NCBI RefSeq assembly: GCF_963921235.1
Contig: NC_086097.1
Span: forward strand, 121,088,001 to 121,152,000
Source of the DNA: Mobula hypostoma
Lineage: Eukaryota
Length of the DNA stretch: 64,000 nt
Reading direction: 5' to 3'
The translations under genes were made by a program, and so were the position numbers. Shown piece after piece: positions 1-13,635 of this stretch. Below the pieces are notes generated by a model. The model did not search any database and was not told the DNA's origin. It saw nothing but the letters and a program-made list of their open reading frames with translations. The first letter of the stretch is position 1. The number at the start of each line of letters is the position of its first letter.

Positions 1-209
1 TCCTCACACCAAGATGGGGCTGTGGCTAGAAGTGGCCTTGCTGGTGGGAATGTGATCAGCACAAGAACATATGTGCTTATGTCTGCTTGGACAAGTTTAT
101 TGTTGTTTTGTGATCTCAGAGAATAGGTTAGCTGTGAATATCCAATATAAACCACAGATTCCACACTGATATCAACTGCACCTCTTCCTATCCTATAAGA
201 ACTCTATTC

Positions 210-725
210 CACAGTTCACAGCACATTTATTATTGAAGCATGCATGCAGTATAAAATTTGTCTTCCCACAGGCAACAACGCAACAAAGAAATGCCATGGA
301 ATCCATTCAAAGGGAACATCAAACACTCAATGCACAAAAAAAGAACAAAGTGCACAAACAGTAACAAACAGGTGATTAACACACAAAATATTAAACTTCA
401 AACAGAGAACTTGAAACAGCCCAGGAATGTTCAGTTCAGTTTAGTACTGTGTCACTCATTGACCTCAGGCTGTCGAGTCGGTCCACTCTGATCAAAATGG
501 TGCAAAATAGCAATAAAATGAGAGTAACCACAAATCAGAAACACATATAACATGAACTGCAGAATCCTCTAAAAATGAGTCCAATCCACAAAACACACCG
601 ATCAAAAGTTGCCCAATACCCAAGACTCTGACACCTTTCTCTGGCAGCAGCGAGCAAGAGGGAGAGGGAGACCAGTTAAACGCAGGCACCTGCTCACCTT
701 CTGCACTCATCCTTGTGGACTTCAA
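210..725 (-). mobile_element. Non-autonomous retroposon fragment with a Rex1-like 3' tail
   Basis: Terminus resembles 52865-52940 and, reverse-complemented, the Rex1 3' end at 4600-4680; no coding capacity. Confidence 0.4.
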
Positions 726-728
726 TCT

Positions 729-3195
729 TCATGGACTCCTAGGTTCCTTTGCACCATGGATTTTTGAATTTTCTCCTGGTTTAGAAAATAGATGACACCT
801 TCTACCAAAGGGCATAACCATACACTTCCCCAAACTGTATTGCATGTGCCATTTCTTTGCCCATTCTCCTAATCTGTTTAAGTTCTTCTGTAGCCTCTCT
901 ACTTTCTCAAAACTACCTGCCCCTCCACCTATCTTCATATCATCTGCAAACTTTGCAACAAAACCATCAATTCCATCACCTAAGTCAGGGCTCCCTAACC
1001 TTTTTTATGCCATGAACCCCTATCATTAACTGAGGGGTCTGTAGACACCAGGTTTGGAATCCCTGACCTAAATTATTGATGTAAACTTATAAAGAATCAG
1101 TCCCAACACAGACCCCTATGGAACACTAGACACTGCCATCCAGTAAAGGCTCCCTTTATTCCCATTCCTTTCTCCTGTAAATTAGCCACGGCTTTATCCA
1201 TGCTATCCATGAGCTCATAGCTTGTTAAACAGTCTCATGTGTAGCACCTTATCAAAGACCTGAAAATCCAAGTACACAACATCAACAGATTCTCCTTTAT
1301 CTGAATGCCTGTTATTTCTTCAAAGAATTCCAATAGATTTATCAGGCAAGATTTTTCCTTGAAGAAACCATGCTGATTATGACCTTAATTATCAAGTACC
1401 CTGAAACCACATCCTTAATAATCGACTCCAACGTCTTCCTAACCATTGAGGTTAGACAAACTGGCCTATAATTTCCTTTTTTCTTCTGTCTCCCTCCCTT
1501 CTTGAAGAGTGGAGTGATATTTGCAATTTTCTCATCCTCCAAAACTGTGCCAAAATCTAGTAATTCTTGAAAGATCATTACTAATGCCTCTATAATCTCT
1601 TCAGCCACATCTTGCAGAAAGCTGGGGTGTACACCATCTGGTCCAGATGACTTATCTACCTTCAGACCTTTCACTTTCCCAAGCACCTTCTCTCTAGTAA
1701 CGGCACCTTCACACACTTCTCACCCCTGACACTCTCAAATCTCCAACATATTGCTAGTGCTTCACTGTAGAAGACTGATACAAAATACTTATTCAGTTCA
1801 TCCTGCATTTCCTTGTCCCTCATTACTACCTCTCCAGCAGTCTGGTATCTACTCTCACCTCTCTTTTGCATTTTATATATCTGAAAAAAAAGCTTTTGGT
1901 GTCTTCTTATATTATCGGCTAGCTTACCTGCACATTTCACCTTTAACCTCCTTATGGCTTTTTTTAGCTACCTTCTGTTAGTTTTTAAAAAGCTTCCCAC
2001 TGACTTTTGCTCAATTATATGCCTTCTCTTTTGCTTTTACGTTGGCGTTGACTTCCCTGTCAGCCATGATTGCGTCTCCAGTTTTTAGAGTACTACTTCA
2101 TCTTTGGGATGTATTTATCCAGTGCCTTCTGAATTGCTCCCCGAAACTCCAGCCACTGTTGCTCTGCTGTCATCCTTACCAGTTCACCCTTCCAATCAAT
2201 TTTTGCCAACTTCTCTCTCATGCCTCTGTAATTTCCTTTAGTCCACTGGAATACTGATACATTTGACTTTGGCTTCTTCGTCTCAAACTGCAGGGTGAAT
2301 TCTATCATATTGTGATCACTTTCCCCTAATGGTTACTTTACCTTAAACTATCTAATCTATTCTGGTTTATTACACAATACCCAATCCAGAATAGCTGATC
2401 CCATAGCGGGCTCAACCACAAGCTGCTCGAAAAGCCATCCCGGAGTCATTACACAAGTTCTCTCTCTTCGGATCCAAAATCAGCACCAATCTGATTTTCC
2501 CAATCTACCTGCATATTGAAATCCTCCATGACTATCATAACATTGCCCTTTTGACATGCATTTTCTATCTATTTTTATTTGTAGCCTTCATCCTGGCGAC
2601 TGTTAGGAGGCAGATTATAACTTCAATCAGGATGTTTTTACCCCTGCAGTTTTTTAACTCCACAGATGACAATTATACATCTTCTGCATCTATATCTCCT
2701 CTTTCTAAGGATTTGATTTAATTTTTTTACCAACAGAGCCACACCACCCTTTCTGCCTATCTGCTTGTCCTTCGGATACAATGTGTATCCTTAGATATTA
2801 AGCTCCCAGCTATAATTGTTTTCAGCCTCGACTCAGTGATGTCCATAACTTCATATCTGTCAATTCCTAACTGCACCACAAGATCATCTACCCTTATTCC
2901 ATATACCATGTGCATTCAGTCCTGTAATCATCTCTCATATCGATTTTGTACCTGTTATACTGCAACTCATCCCACTGACTGTAATGTTTCAATATCATCT
3001 GCTTGTCCTTCCTGACCGTATCACCACGCTCCGCTTCTGCTTGTATGCCAGCTGTCCCATCATCAGCCCTATCACTGAGCTTCCCACCCCCTGCCAAATT
3101 AGTTTAAACCCCTCCCCCACCCCAACTGCTTTAGCAAACCAGCCCACAAGGATATTGGTCTTCCTTGGGTTCAGGTGTAACCCGTTCCTCTTGTG
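729..3195 (-). mobile_element. CR1 LINE, decayed (end of ORF1, APE endonuclease, RT)
   Basis: Translated fragments GLHLNPRKTNILVGWF, KSSGPDGVHP, KGNYRPVCLTSMV, LGEWAKKWHMQY; many frameshifts. Confidence 0.9.
986..1065. mobile_element. 80-bp hAT (Charlie-like) MITE inserted in the CR1
   Basis: Imperfect TIRs cagggctccctaacct / aggtttggaatccctg; 8-bp TSD acctaagt (978-985) / acctaaat (1066-1073) with central TA. Confidence 0.75.
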
Positions 3196-3464
3196 GCCCA
3201 TAGCCACTAGAAATGGTACACTTGCTCATTTCCCTCTTCTCTTCCTTCCAGCCAGGGCCCCAAATAATCCTTCCAGCTAATGCAGCAATTCACTTGCACT
3301 TTCTCCAGTTTAGCGTACTTATTTTTAAATTTTATTTATTTATTTTTATTTCAAGATACAGTGCAGAACAGGCCCTTCAGGCCCAATGAGCCTTGCCACC
3401 CAGCAACCCACCTATTTAGTACTAGCCTAAACACAGGACAATTTACAACCACCAATTAACCATC

Positions 3465-4685
3465 CGGACAGCAAAGATGCATACATCAGGATGCTCTTTA
3501 TTGATTACAGCTCGGCCTCAATACTATCATCCACACAGAAGTAATCAATAGGCTTCAACACCTAGGCCTCAATACCTCCTTGTGCAATTGGATCTTCAAG
3601 TTCCTCACATGCAGATGTCAGTCAGTTTGGCTTAGCAACATCTCCTCCACAGTCTCCATCAGCACAGGTGCACCACAAGATTGTGTGCTTATTCCCTGCT
3701 CTACTCACTTTATACTTATTACTGTGAGGATAAACACAGCTCCAATGGTATATTTTAATTTGCTGATGACAATGCTGTTGTTGGCTGAATCAAATGTGAT
3801 GGTGAATCAGCATATGGGGGCGGGGGGAGATTGAAAATCTGGCTGAGTGATGCCTCTTACTCAATGTCAACTGGACTGATTATTGACCCGCAGGAGGAAA
3901 CCAGAGGTCCATGAGCCAGTCCTCATCAGAGGATCAGAGCTGGAGAGGGTCAGCAACTTTAAGTCCCTTGGCGTTATCATTTCAGAGGATCTATTCTGGG
4001 TCCAGCACACAAGTGCAGTTATGAAGAAAGCACGACAGTGCCTCTACTCCCTTAGAAGTTTGTGAAGATTCAGCATGACATCTGAAACTTTGACCAACCT
4101 CTCTAGATGGTATTGGAGAGTATATTGACTGGTGACATCACGGCCTGGTATTGAACACCAATGCCTTTGAATGGAAAATCCTACAGAAAGTGGTGGATAT
4201 GGCCCAGTCCATCACAGGTAAAGCCCTCCCCACTACTGTGCACATTAACATGGAGTGTTGTTGCAGGAAAGCAGCATCCATCATCAAGGCCCCCATCACT
4301 AAAGCCATGCTCTCTTCTCACTGTTGCCATCAGGAAAAAGGTACAGGAGCCTCACCACCAAGATCGGGAACAGTTATTACTCCTCAGTAATCAGGCTCTT
4401 GAACCAGAGGGGATAATTTCAATGAACTTCACTTGCCCCATCACCAAAGTGTTCCTACAACCCATGGACTCACTTCCACGGGCTCTTCATCTCATGTTCT
4501 CGATATTTATTACACACTTATTTATTTTTTCTTTTGTATTTGCAATTTGGCCATTTGTCTATCCTGTTGGGTGTTGTTTTTCATTGATTCTATTTTCATT
4601 GAAAGAAAATGAATCTCAGGTTGTTTATGATAACATATATGTACTTTGTTAATAAACTTACTTTGAACTTCGATAAATTTGAATA
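3465..4685 (+). mobile_element. Rex1/Babar LINE, 5'-truncated and decayed
   Basis: [54 protein letters not shown] motifs; 3' end aataaacttactttgaactt. Confidence 0.85.
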
Positions 4686-6038
4686 TCGAGTGCTTAAGAT
4701 GTGAACTTGTTTTCCCCTCCACAAATGTGGCTATGCCTTTGTTTCAAATTATTTCTTTTTTTTTACCTAATTAATGTTTTAAACTAATAGTTGCATTGAC
4801 TACTTAGGTTTGCATTCTTTCAACTTAAAATACACTTGTTTGCTCAATTTTCTGATTCCAATGCAGTCACTGAGTAAACCGTTTCTTCCCTGTGAATGCT
4901 TCCTGCCCTGCCGACTGCTCCTATCAATTTTCATTTTGGCTTTGCATTTTAAGCATCTGCAGTTTTTGTTGCAAAGTGAAATGTTGTCATTGTGAACAGA
5001 ATAAAGAACAAGCTTTGAAATGCATAATTCTGTAAAAATAAATTCCATTTAACAACTGAATTTTCAGACAATACCCATTTGAAAATACAGTCCCTCACTG
5101 TGTTCCAGAGAGGTTGGCACAAACAGGTTATCTTGTTCAAATGCAGCTTCAGTTCAAGTAAGGTTAAGGGGTCGGTACAATTGGACCTGACTGAAGAAGA
5201 GGAAAGAAAAGGTTGTGAAGAAGTTTAGGGAGAATGGAGAAAAAAATAGGGAAGGAAAATAGGGGAGAATTAGAGTGTAAAGAATAAAAAATTATCCAAG
5301 GAGGATAGCGTCAAGATCTATCCTGGGACATGGAAAGTGGCGTGAAGGGGCAGGTGGAGTCAATTGGTTGTCTTTATTGCATTGAGACATGCACTTGACT
5401 TTATAGCCCTCTGTTAAATCCAGTACTTTATTAATTTGCATTAGGACTGTTTTTAACTAATTCCAAATGCAAGAAGAACATGGAATCCATGTCCTCTCTT
5501 TATACTGCTCCAAACTTCCACACATTTGGCCAATGAGAAATGAACATCTTGGAATAACTTACAGCAGACTGAGAAAAGTGACATGTTGGATTGAAGTGGA
5601 GTCCAGCAAGCTATAATGGAAGGAGAGAGTTTGAACAGCTTTCTAAATTCATTTACACTTCAATATTTGCCTTATTTATTTAGGCTACAGCCACGGTGTA
5701 GTGTTTTGGTCATTTTGAGATGGTGAGACGAGTGTTAAGACAAAGGACCTATTTCCATTAGCAGGGAAGTCAGTAACAAGAGGGCATAGGTTTAAGTAAA
5801 TAAGCAAAAAGATTAGCAGGTAATCACAAAGAAAAAGAATTCAATGAGCGATGGTCATCTAGAACGCACCGCCTAGGGAGTGGAATTAACCCAAAGTTGT
5901 TCTCGACTAGCGTGCGCTCACTGACCACAAATTTATGAGATTCAATATTTTAGTTGCATTCAACTCTTGGTGTATCAAATAGTTCCTCTTGAATTAGCAG
6001 CTAATTTATAATATCAAAAAAGGTTAATGTTGACTATT

Positions 6039-6245
6039 GGGAGCAGCACAGCGGTGTAGTAGTTAGCATAGTGCTAGTTTAGCACCAACTGCATTGATTG
6101 GAGTTGGATTCCTGCTCCCGCTCCTGTCTGAAAGGAACTTACACGTTTTCTTTGTAACTTCATGGGTTTCCTCCTTATGCTCCTGTTTCCTCCCACATTC
6201 CAAAGATGTAAGATAAGGGTTAGTGAGCTGTGAGCCATTCCAATG
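6039..6245 (+). mobile_element. tRNA-derived V-SINE (HE1-like)
   Basis: A-box-like ggtgtagtagttagc, B-box-like ggagttggattcc, V-domain-like gggtttcctcc...gctcctgtttcctcccacattccaaagatgt. Confidence 0.7.
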
Positions 6246-6316
6246 TGTTCATCAAAAAAAAAACTACATCTGCTCCTCTTTTCTTCTCAACTTAAACCCC
6301 TCTGCTCTTTTTATCT

Positions 6317-9300
6317 TTGGCGATAATGGGTCGAGGTGAGGTAGGTTGCCTGTGTAGAATACAGACAGGAGGTATGTGTGTAAGGCAGGTGTTCTGTGGC
6401 CGGTGTCAGATGTGGGAAGTCCTAGAGACTCCCAGCCTCCTGGACGGCCACGTCTGCCCCAGGTGCGTCGAGCTGCAGCTCCTTAGGGACCGGGCTAGGG
6501 AAACAGAAATGCAGCTCAATGACCTTCGTCTGGTCAGGGAGAGTGAGGTGGTGATAGATAGGAACTATAGACAGGTAGTCACACTAGGGTCTGGGGAGAC
6601 AGATAAGTGGGTAACAGTCAGGAGAGGGAAGGGCAGAAGTCAGAGGCTAGAGAGTAACCCAGTGGCTGTCCCCCTCAACAATAAATACTTCTGCTTGAGT
6701 ACTGTTGGGGGGACAGCAACAGTGGCCTCACCTCTGGCACAGAGTCTGTTTGGTAGTTTGCCTCCCAGGTGCCAGGGTTCAGGATGTTTCTGATCATGTC
6801 CACGATATCCTGAAGTGGGAAGGAGAACAGCCAGAGGTTATGGTACATATTGGTACCAACGACATAGGTAGGAATAGGGAGGAGGTCCTGAAAGCAGACT
6901 ACATGGAGTTAGGAAGGAAGTTGAAAAGCAGGACAACAAAGATAGTAAGTTCAGGATTACTGCCAGTGCCACATGACAGTAAGTATAGGAATAGAATCGG
7001 GCAGAGGACAAATGCATGGCCAAGGGATTGGAGGAGGGGTCAGAGATTCAGATTCCTGAATTATTGGGACCTCGTTTGGGGTAGGTGTGACCTGTACAAA
7101 AAGGACGGGTTGCACTTGAATCCCAGGGGGACCAATATCCTGGCGGGGAGGTTTGCTAAGGTTATTGGGGAAGAGTTTAAACTAGGATTTCTGGGGGGTG
7201 GGAATTGAACTGAAGAGACGGCGATAGGGAGGATAGGCAGGTGAGAGAGAAGGGACGCGCTCAAACCAATAGTTAGAGATGTATCTATTTTAATGTAAGG
7301 AGTATTATGAACAAAGCGGATGAGCTTTGAGCGTGGATCAGTTTTGGAGCTATGATGTTGTGGCCATAACAGACTTGGATGGTGCAGGGGCAGGAATGGT
7401 TACTTCGAATGCCAAGCTTTAGATGTTTCAGAAAGAACAGGGAGAGAGGCAAGAGGTGGGGGCATAGCACTGTTGATCAGAGATAGTGTCACGGCTGCAG
7501 AAAAGGAGGAAATCATGGAGAGATTGTCTACGGAGTCTCTGTGGGTGGAAGTTAGGAGGAGGAAGGGGTCAATAACTCTATTGGGTGTTTTTTTTAAATA
7601 GTAACAGGGACATCAAGGACCAGATAGGTAAACAGATCCTGGAAGGGTGTAATAACAACAGGGCTGTTGTGGTGGGAGGTTTTAATTTCCCAAATATCGA
7701 GTGGCATGTCCCCAGAGTGAGGGGTTTAGATGGGGTGGAGTTTGTTAAGTGTGTTCAGGAAGGTTTCTTGACACAATATGTAGATAAGCCTACAAGGGGA
7801 GAGGCTGGACATGATCTGGTATTGGGAAATTAACCTGGTCAGGTGTCAGATCTCCCGCTTGGAGAGTATTTTAGAGATAGTGATCACAATTCTATCTCCT
7901 TTACCATAGCTTTGGAGAGGGATAGGAACAGACAAGTTAAGAAAGCGTTTAATTGGAGTAAGGGGAAATATGATGCAATCGGGCAGGAACTTGGAAGCAT
8001 AAATTGGGAACAGATGTTCTCAGGGAAACGTAAGGAAGAAATGTGGCAGAGCTTCAGGGGATATTTGCGTGGAGTTCTGCATAGGTACGTTCCAATGAGA
8101 CAGGGAAGGGATGGTAGGGTACAAGAACCGTGGTGTACAAAGGCTGTTGTAAATCTAGTCAAGAAGAGCTTACGAAAGGTTCAAAAAACTAGGTAACGAT
8201 AGAGGTCTAGGAGATTATAAACCTAGCAGGAAGGAGCTTAAGAATGGAATTAGGAGAGCCAGAAGGGGCCATAAGAAGGCCTTGGTGGACAGGATTAAGG
8301 AAAACCCCAAGGCATTCTACAAGTATGTGAAGAGCAAGAGAATAAGATGTGAGAGAATAGGCAATCAAGTGTGACAGTAGAAAAGTGTGTGCGGAACCAG
8401 ACGAGACAGCAGAGGTACTTAATGAATACTTTGCTTCAGTATTTACTACGGAAAAGGATCTTGGCGATTGTAGGGATGACTTACAGCTCACAGAAAAGCT
8501 TGAGCATGTAGATATTAAGGAAGAGGATGTGCTAGAGCTTTTGGAAAACTTCAAGTTGGATAAGTAACCAGAACCAGACGAGATGTACCCCAGGCTACTG
8601 TGGGAGGCCAGGGAGGAGATTGCTGAGCATCTGGTGATGATCTTTGCATCATCAATGGGGACAGGAGAGGTTCCGGAGGATTGGAGGGTTGTGGATGTTG
8701 TTCCCTTATTCAAGAAAGGGAGTAGAGATAGCCCAGGAATTTATAGACCAGTGAGTCTTACTTCAGTGGTTGGTAAGTTGATGGAGAAGATCCTGAGGCA
8801 GGATTTACGAACATTTGGAAAGGCATAATATGATTAGGAATAGTCAGTATGGCTTTGTGAAAGGGAGGCCATGCCTTACGAGCCTGATTTAATTTTTTGA
8901 GGATGTGACTAAACACATTGATGAAGGTACAGCAGTAGATGTAATGTATATGGATTTCAGCAAGGCATTTGATAAGGTACCCCATGCAAGGCTTATTGAG
9001 AAAGTAAGGAGGCATGGGATCCAAGGAGACATTGCTTTGTGGATCCAGAACTGGCTTGCCCACAGAATGCAAAGACTGGTTGTAGATGGGTCATATGCTG
9101 CATGGAAGTTAGTCACCAGTGGTGTGCATCAGGGATCTGTTCTGGGACTCCTACTCTGTGATTTTTATAAACGACCCGGATGAGGAAGTGGAGGGATGGG
9201 TTAGTAAATTTGCTGATGACACAAAGGTTGGGAGTGTTGTGGATAGTATGGAGGACTGTCAGAGGTTAGAGCGGGAGACTGATAGGATGCAAAACTGGGC

Positions 9301-10097
9301 TGAAAAGTGGCAGATGGAGTTCAACCCAGATAAGTGTGAGGTGGTTCATTTTGGTAGGTCAAATATAATGGCAGAATATAGTATTAATGGTAAGACTGTT
9401 GGCAGTGTGGAGGATCAGAGGGATCTTGGGGTCTGAGTCCATTGCACACTCAAAGCTGCTCAGTAGGTTAACTCTGTGGTTAAGAAGGCATGATGAAGGT
9501 GCATTGGCCTTCATCAATCATGGGATTGAGTTTAGGAGCCGAGTGGTAATGTTGCAGCTGTACAGGACCCTGGTCAGACCCCACCTGGAGTACCGTGCTC
9601 AATTCTGGTCACCTCACTACAGAAAGGATGTGGAAACTATAGAAAGGGTGCAGAGAAGATTTACAAGGATGTTGCCTGGATTGGGGATCATATCTTATGA
9701 GAATAGGTTGAGTGAACTCAGCCTTTTCTCCTTGGAGTGATGGAGGATGAGAGGTGACCTGATAGAGGTGTATAAAATGGAGAGGCATTGATCTGTGGAT
9801 AGTCAGAGGCTTTTTCCCAGGGCTGAAATGGCTAGCACGAGAGGGCACAGTTTTATGGTGCTTGGAAGTAGGTATAGAGATGTCAGGGGTAAGTTTTTTT
9901 TTTAAAACGCAGACAATGATGAGTGTGTGGAATGGGCTGCCAGCGACGGTGGTGGAGGTGGATATAACAGGGTCTTTTAAAAGACTCCTGGATAGGTACA
10001 TGGAGCTTAGAAAAATAGAAGGCTATGGGTAACCCGAGGTAATTTCTGAGGGAAGGACATGTTCTGCACAGCTTTGGTTTTCTATGTGTCTATGTTT
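6317..10097 (+). mobile_element. Near full-length CR1 LINE, inactivated (ORF1 zinc finger + SGNH esterase; ORF2 APE + RT)
   Basis: CGRC..CPRC, VHIGTNDI, DGLHLNPRG, GGFNFPNIEW, SDHNSI, YRPVSLTSVVGK, YMDFSKAFDKVPH, SKFADDTK; 3' tail tctatgtgtctatgt; many stops and frameshifts. Confidence 0.93.
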
Positions 10098-10309
10098 CCT
10101 TATCCTACAAGAACCTGAAACCCCATTTCTGCTTTTGGTTTCCTTGTATTGTTTCAAAGCAACAAACAGCATTATGTTGGATGTTTCAACATAAATCCTT
10201 ATAACGGTTTCTCTCTCCAAACGTACTGTTTGACTTGAATAGCTCCAGTATTCCTTTCATTGCAAGTCTTACATGGTTTTAAAACTAACATTCAAAAGCA
10301 GCACAAATA

Positions 10310-10705
10310 CTGCAATAAATGCAAAATGCTGGAGGAACTCAGCAGGTTTGGCACCATCTACAGAGATGATTCTGGCTGAGAACCTTCATTCGGATTGAAA
10401 AGGGGTGGGGGTGGGGAAGACTCCAGGAAAAGAAGGTGGATGTGGGTGGAGGGGAGGGAAAGGAGTACAAGTTAGCAGGTGATAGGTGAAACCAGGTGAG
10501 AAGAAAGATGGATGGGTGGGGCAGGGAGATGAAGTGAAAAGCAGGGAGATGATAGGTGGTAGAATGGCTGAGGGAGAAGGAACTGATAGGAGAGGTCATG
10601 GTAGAAAGAGGAGAGGGAGGGGCACCAGTGGGAGGTGATAGTCAGGTGAGAGGGAAAAGGTTAAGATGGGAGCCAGAACGAATGGGAAAAAAGGGCAGGG
10701 GAGGG
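10310..10705 (-). mobile_element. Old Penelope-like element 3'/pLTR fragment
   Basis: aaaatgctggaggaactcagcagg terminus and purine-rich body resemble the copies at 23051 and 36530; hammerhead core degenerate. Confidence 0.6.
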
Positions 10706-11261
10706 TGACCATAGAGGCAGCCACAGACTGACGTGTCAGGATAGCATCCTGATGTACTGGAAATACTATTAACACAGCTGGGTTCCTAAGCACCGGAGCA
10801 TAGAAACCACCTTCAAAATAGAATAATCTATCAAATGATAATGTTATATTTTAGCACAAACCATTGTAAGCTGTTTTGAAATTCTTTCCTCTCCAGACCG
10901 CTTATAGATGGATGCTTACATCTACTGGAAACTTAGTCAGTCAACACCAATGATGAAATTTTTGTGTAGTTATTATTTGCATTCAGTCAATGAAACCTAC
11001 ATTTAAATAAAGCTGATAATAAGCATCACCCTTGGTCAAGCACAATAATATTTAAGGAACTTCTCATTTGTTTCTTGTTGCAATGACTTCATTTTTGGTA
11101 CTGGAGGTTGCCATACCTTGGTCTCTCTTAACCTTCTGGTATTCTGCAGCTGAAATCTTGTAGCTTGCAAGGATCACCAGATTTACAATGATTTGGAGTG
11201 GATTTTTAACAATGTATGAGCTTGCAACATAGGTCAAAAGCCCTTGAAGCATCTGTTCAAA

Positions 11262-11570
11262 GATTCAAAATTCAAGATTATTTGTCATGTGTGCATTGAA
11301 AAATGTGTCATTTGAGTTAACAACCAACAGACCTGAGGGTGTGCTGTGGGCAGCCTGAGCGTGTTGCCACACATTCTGGCACTGGCATAGCAGGCCCACA
11401 ATGCTCAGCAGAATAACAAAGACCACGAGCAACTACACAACAGCAAAAACAAGCCTTGTTCCTTCCTTCCACAAACACAGTCCTTTAACACCAGGTCAGG
11501 CCTCCAGCAAACATGACTCAGACCTGAAGATACCGGACTTCGACCTCTCCAGCAAACACACAGAGACTCA
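11262..11570 (-). mobile_element. Non-autonomous retroposon 3' fragment (same family as 15290-15555 and 39438-40250)
   Basis: Shared aacaaccaac...tgtgctg...gtgttgccacacatt...catagc block and (ttgaatc)n tail. Confidence 0.55.
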
Positions 11571-11780
11571 GATAATGGGGCAAAATGATCAACCTACTTG
11601 TGGTAAATAGGAAATGAATGAATCTACACCCTGTGGCCACCTTCTTGTTAGTGCAAATATCTAATCAGCCAATCATATGGAAGCAACTCAATGCACAGCA
11701 GCATACAGACATGGTCAAGAGGTTCAGTTATTGTTCAGACCAAACATCAGAATGGGGGAAAAATGTGACCTCAATGATTC

Positions 11781-12121
11781 TGGGCTGAACTTGAATCAGA
11801 GGATGTTTGACAGCAGTGGCAGGGCTTGAATGCTATCACCTCCTACAAAGAGAAGGCAATTGACATAGGTGACCACAATGCTTCACTTCCATATGAGCTC
11901 AATGCCTTCTTTGCTTGTGTAAGGGGGTTTCGTCTTTTATGTTACTGCGTAGGCTAATTAAAATGGCTTCTTTGTTATGTTAAACGCTGAGAAAGTTCTT
12001 GCGCTAGCAGCTTGTTTTGGGTTAGACTGTGATAAGAAGATGCTACGAACCAATTGGGATAGTTGTTATGTTTTTGGTGTATCTGAAGATATTGTATGCG
12101 CGGGGTTTTGGGGGAGAAGGC

Positions 12122-12156
<35 letters not shown>

Positions 12157-13635
12157 GACCAGGTGCAGTGAGTCCGCTAACGGGGTCGGACCCCGAGCGG
12201 GGCATTGGGCGAGGACAGGAGACGGAGACGGACTCGTGTGGAGCGTCTGGTCGACCACCGTTGTTGGTCCCAGGCAGCCGGTCGAGGTGGTCCAAGGGGT
12301 CGCAGGGTGAAGAAGGGTCCTGAGCTCCAACTGTTTGTGCACGAAGAGATTGAACTTTGATACATGTGGCACCTTTTATTTTTTATTTTCTATTAATTAT
12401 ATAGTTCCAGTAATATCTATAAACTGTAAATCATTTAATCATATCTGGTGTATGGTCTGTTATTTGGGCGGGGTGGGGTACATCACACAGCATACACGCG
12501 AACTAATTACCCAGTTTGCCGGGGCCGAGGGATGCTTCCCTAGATGACAGTGAGCCAAGCGACCCGGAGGCTGGCCGGGGGCGGGGGGGGGGGCTACACT
12601 TGCTTTGACCATTAAAGCATGGAGGAACCATCACGAACTCCGAACTCCTACAGCCAATGATCCTGTGATTTTAGCCTCTGAAGCCAACGCAAGAGCATCC
12701 CTCAGAAGGGTGACCCCACAGAAAGCATCCAGTCTAGATGGGATACCTAGCCAAGTACAATAGACCTGTGCTTGATCTACTGGCTGGTGTGTTACTGAGA
12801 TCTTTAACTCTCACTTCTGCAGTCTGAGGTACCCACCTGTTTTAAGCAGTCTTCAGTCCTACCAGTGCCCACAGAGAAACTGGTAACTTGCCTCAATAGC
12901 TATTATCCAGTAGCACTTACATACAGAGTCATGAAGGGTTTTGAGAGGTTGGTAATAAGACATATCAACTCCTGCCGGAGAAGGGAGATTGAAAATCTTG
13001 CTAAGTGGCCCCACAGCTACCTCGCACAGCAGCACTTCAACTTCCTTAGGAGTTTGTAAAGATCCTGTACATCTATAACTTCGTCAAATTTCAATGGGTG
13101 TGTGGTGGAGAGTATATTGACTGGCTGCACCACAGCCTGGTATGGAAACACCAATGCTCTTGAATGTAAAATCCTACAAAAAGTAGTGGACATGGCCTAG
13201 CCCATCATGGGTAAAGACCCCCCCCCCACTGGGCACAGCAGCACAGAGTATTGTCACAGCAAAGCAGCATCCATCATCATTCACCCCCACCACCCAGGTC
13301 ATATTTTCTTCTCATCCCTGCCATCAGGAAGGTACAGGAGCCTACCAGGTTTTAGGAACCGTTCTTACCCATCAACCCTAAGGCTTTTGAACCTGAGGAG
13401 ATAAGTTCACTCAATCCATCACTTAACTGTTCCAACTAACCTTGATTCAATTTCAAGGACTCTTCATCTGATGTTCTCGATATGTATTGCATATTTATTT
13501 AATATTATGTTTTTACCTTTCATATTTGCATTTTGCTGCCTTTTGCATACTGGTTGTCTGCCCTGTTGGTGTTGTCTTTCATTGATCTAATATGGTTACA
13601 GATATGTACTTGGATAAAAATTTACTTTGAACTTT
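11781..13635 (+). mobile_element. Rex1/Babar LINE, internally deleted, interrupted by a solo LTR
   Basis: WQGLNAITSYK, LPYELNAFFA|CFD across the LTR, CLNSYYPVALTYRVMKGFERLV, LPSGRYRS; tail tttactttgaacttt. Confidence 0.8.
11918..12598. mobile_element. Solo LTR (681 bp)
   Basis: TGTA...TACA termini, 4-bp TSD cttg (11914-11917 / 12599-12602), CpG-rich, internal (GA)n tract; removing it restores the Rex1 reading frame. Confidence 0.88.

Noticed and set aside
6039..6125. tRNA gene
   Set aside because: Degenerate tRNA-like head continuing into a SINE body; no full cloverleaf. The same applies at 54938 and 25070.
11975..12372. Overlapping ORFs and CpG richness suggesting an exon or CpG-island promoter
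   Set aside because: Entirely inside a TSD-flanked solo LTR with a (GA)n tract.
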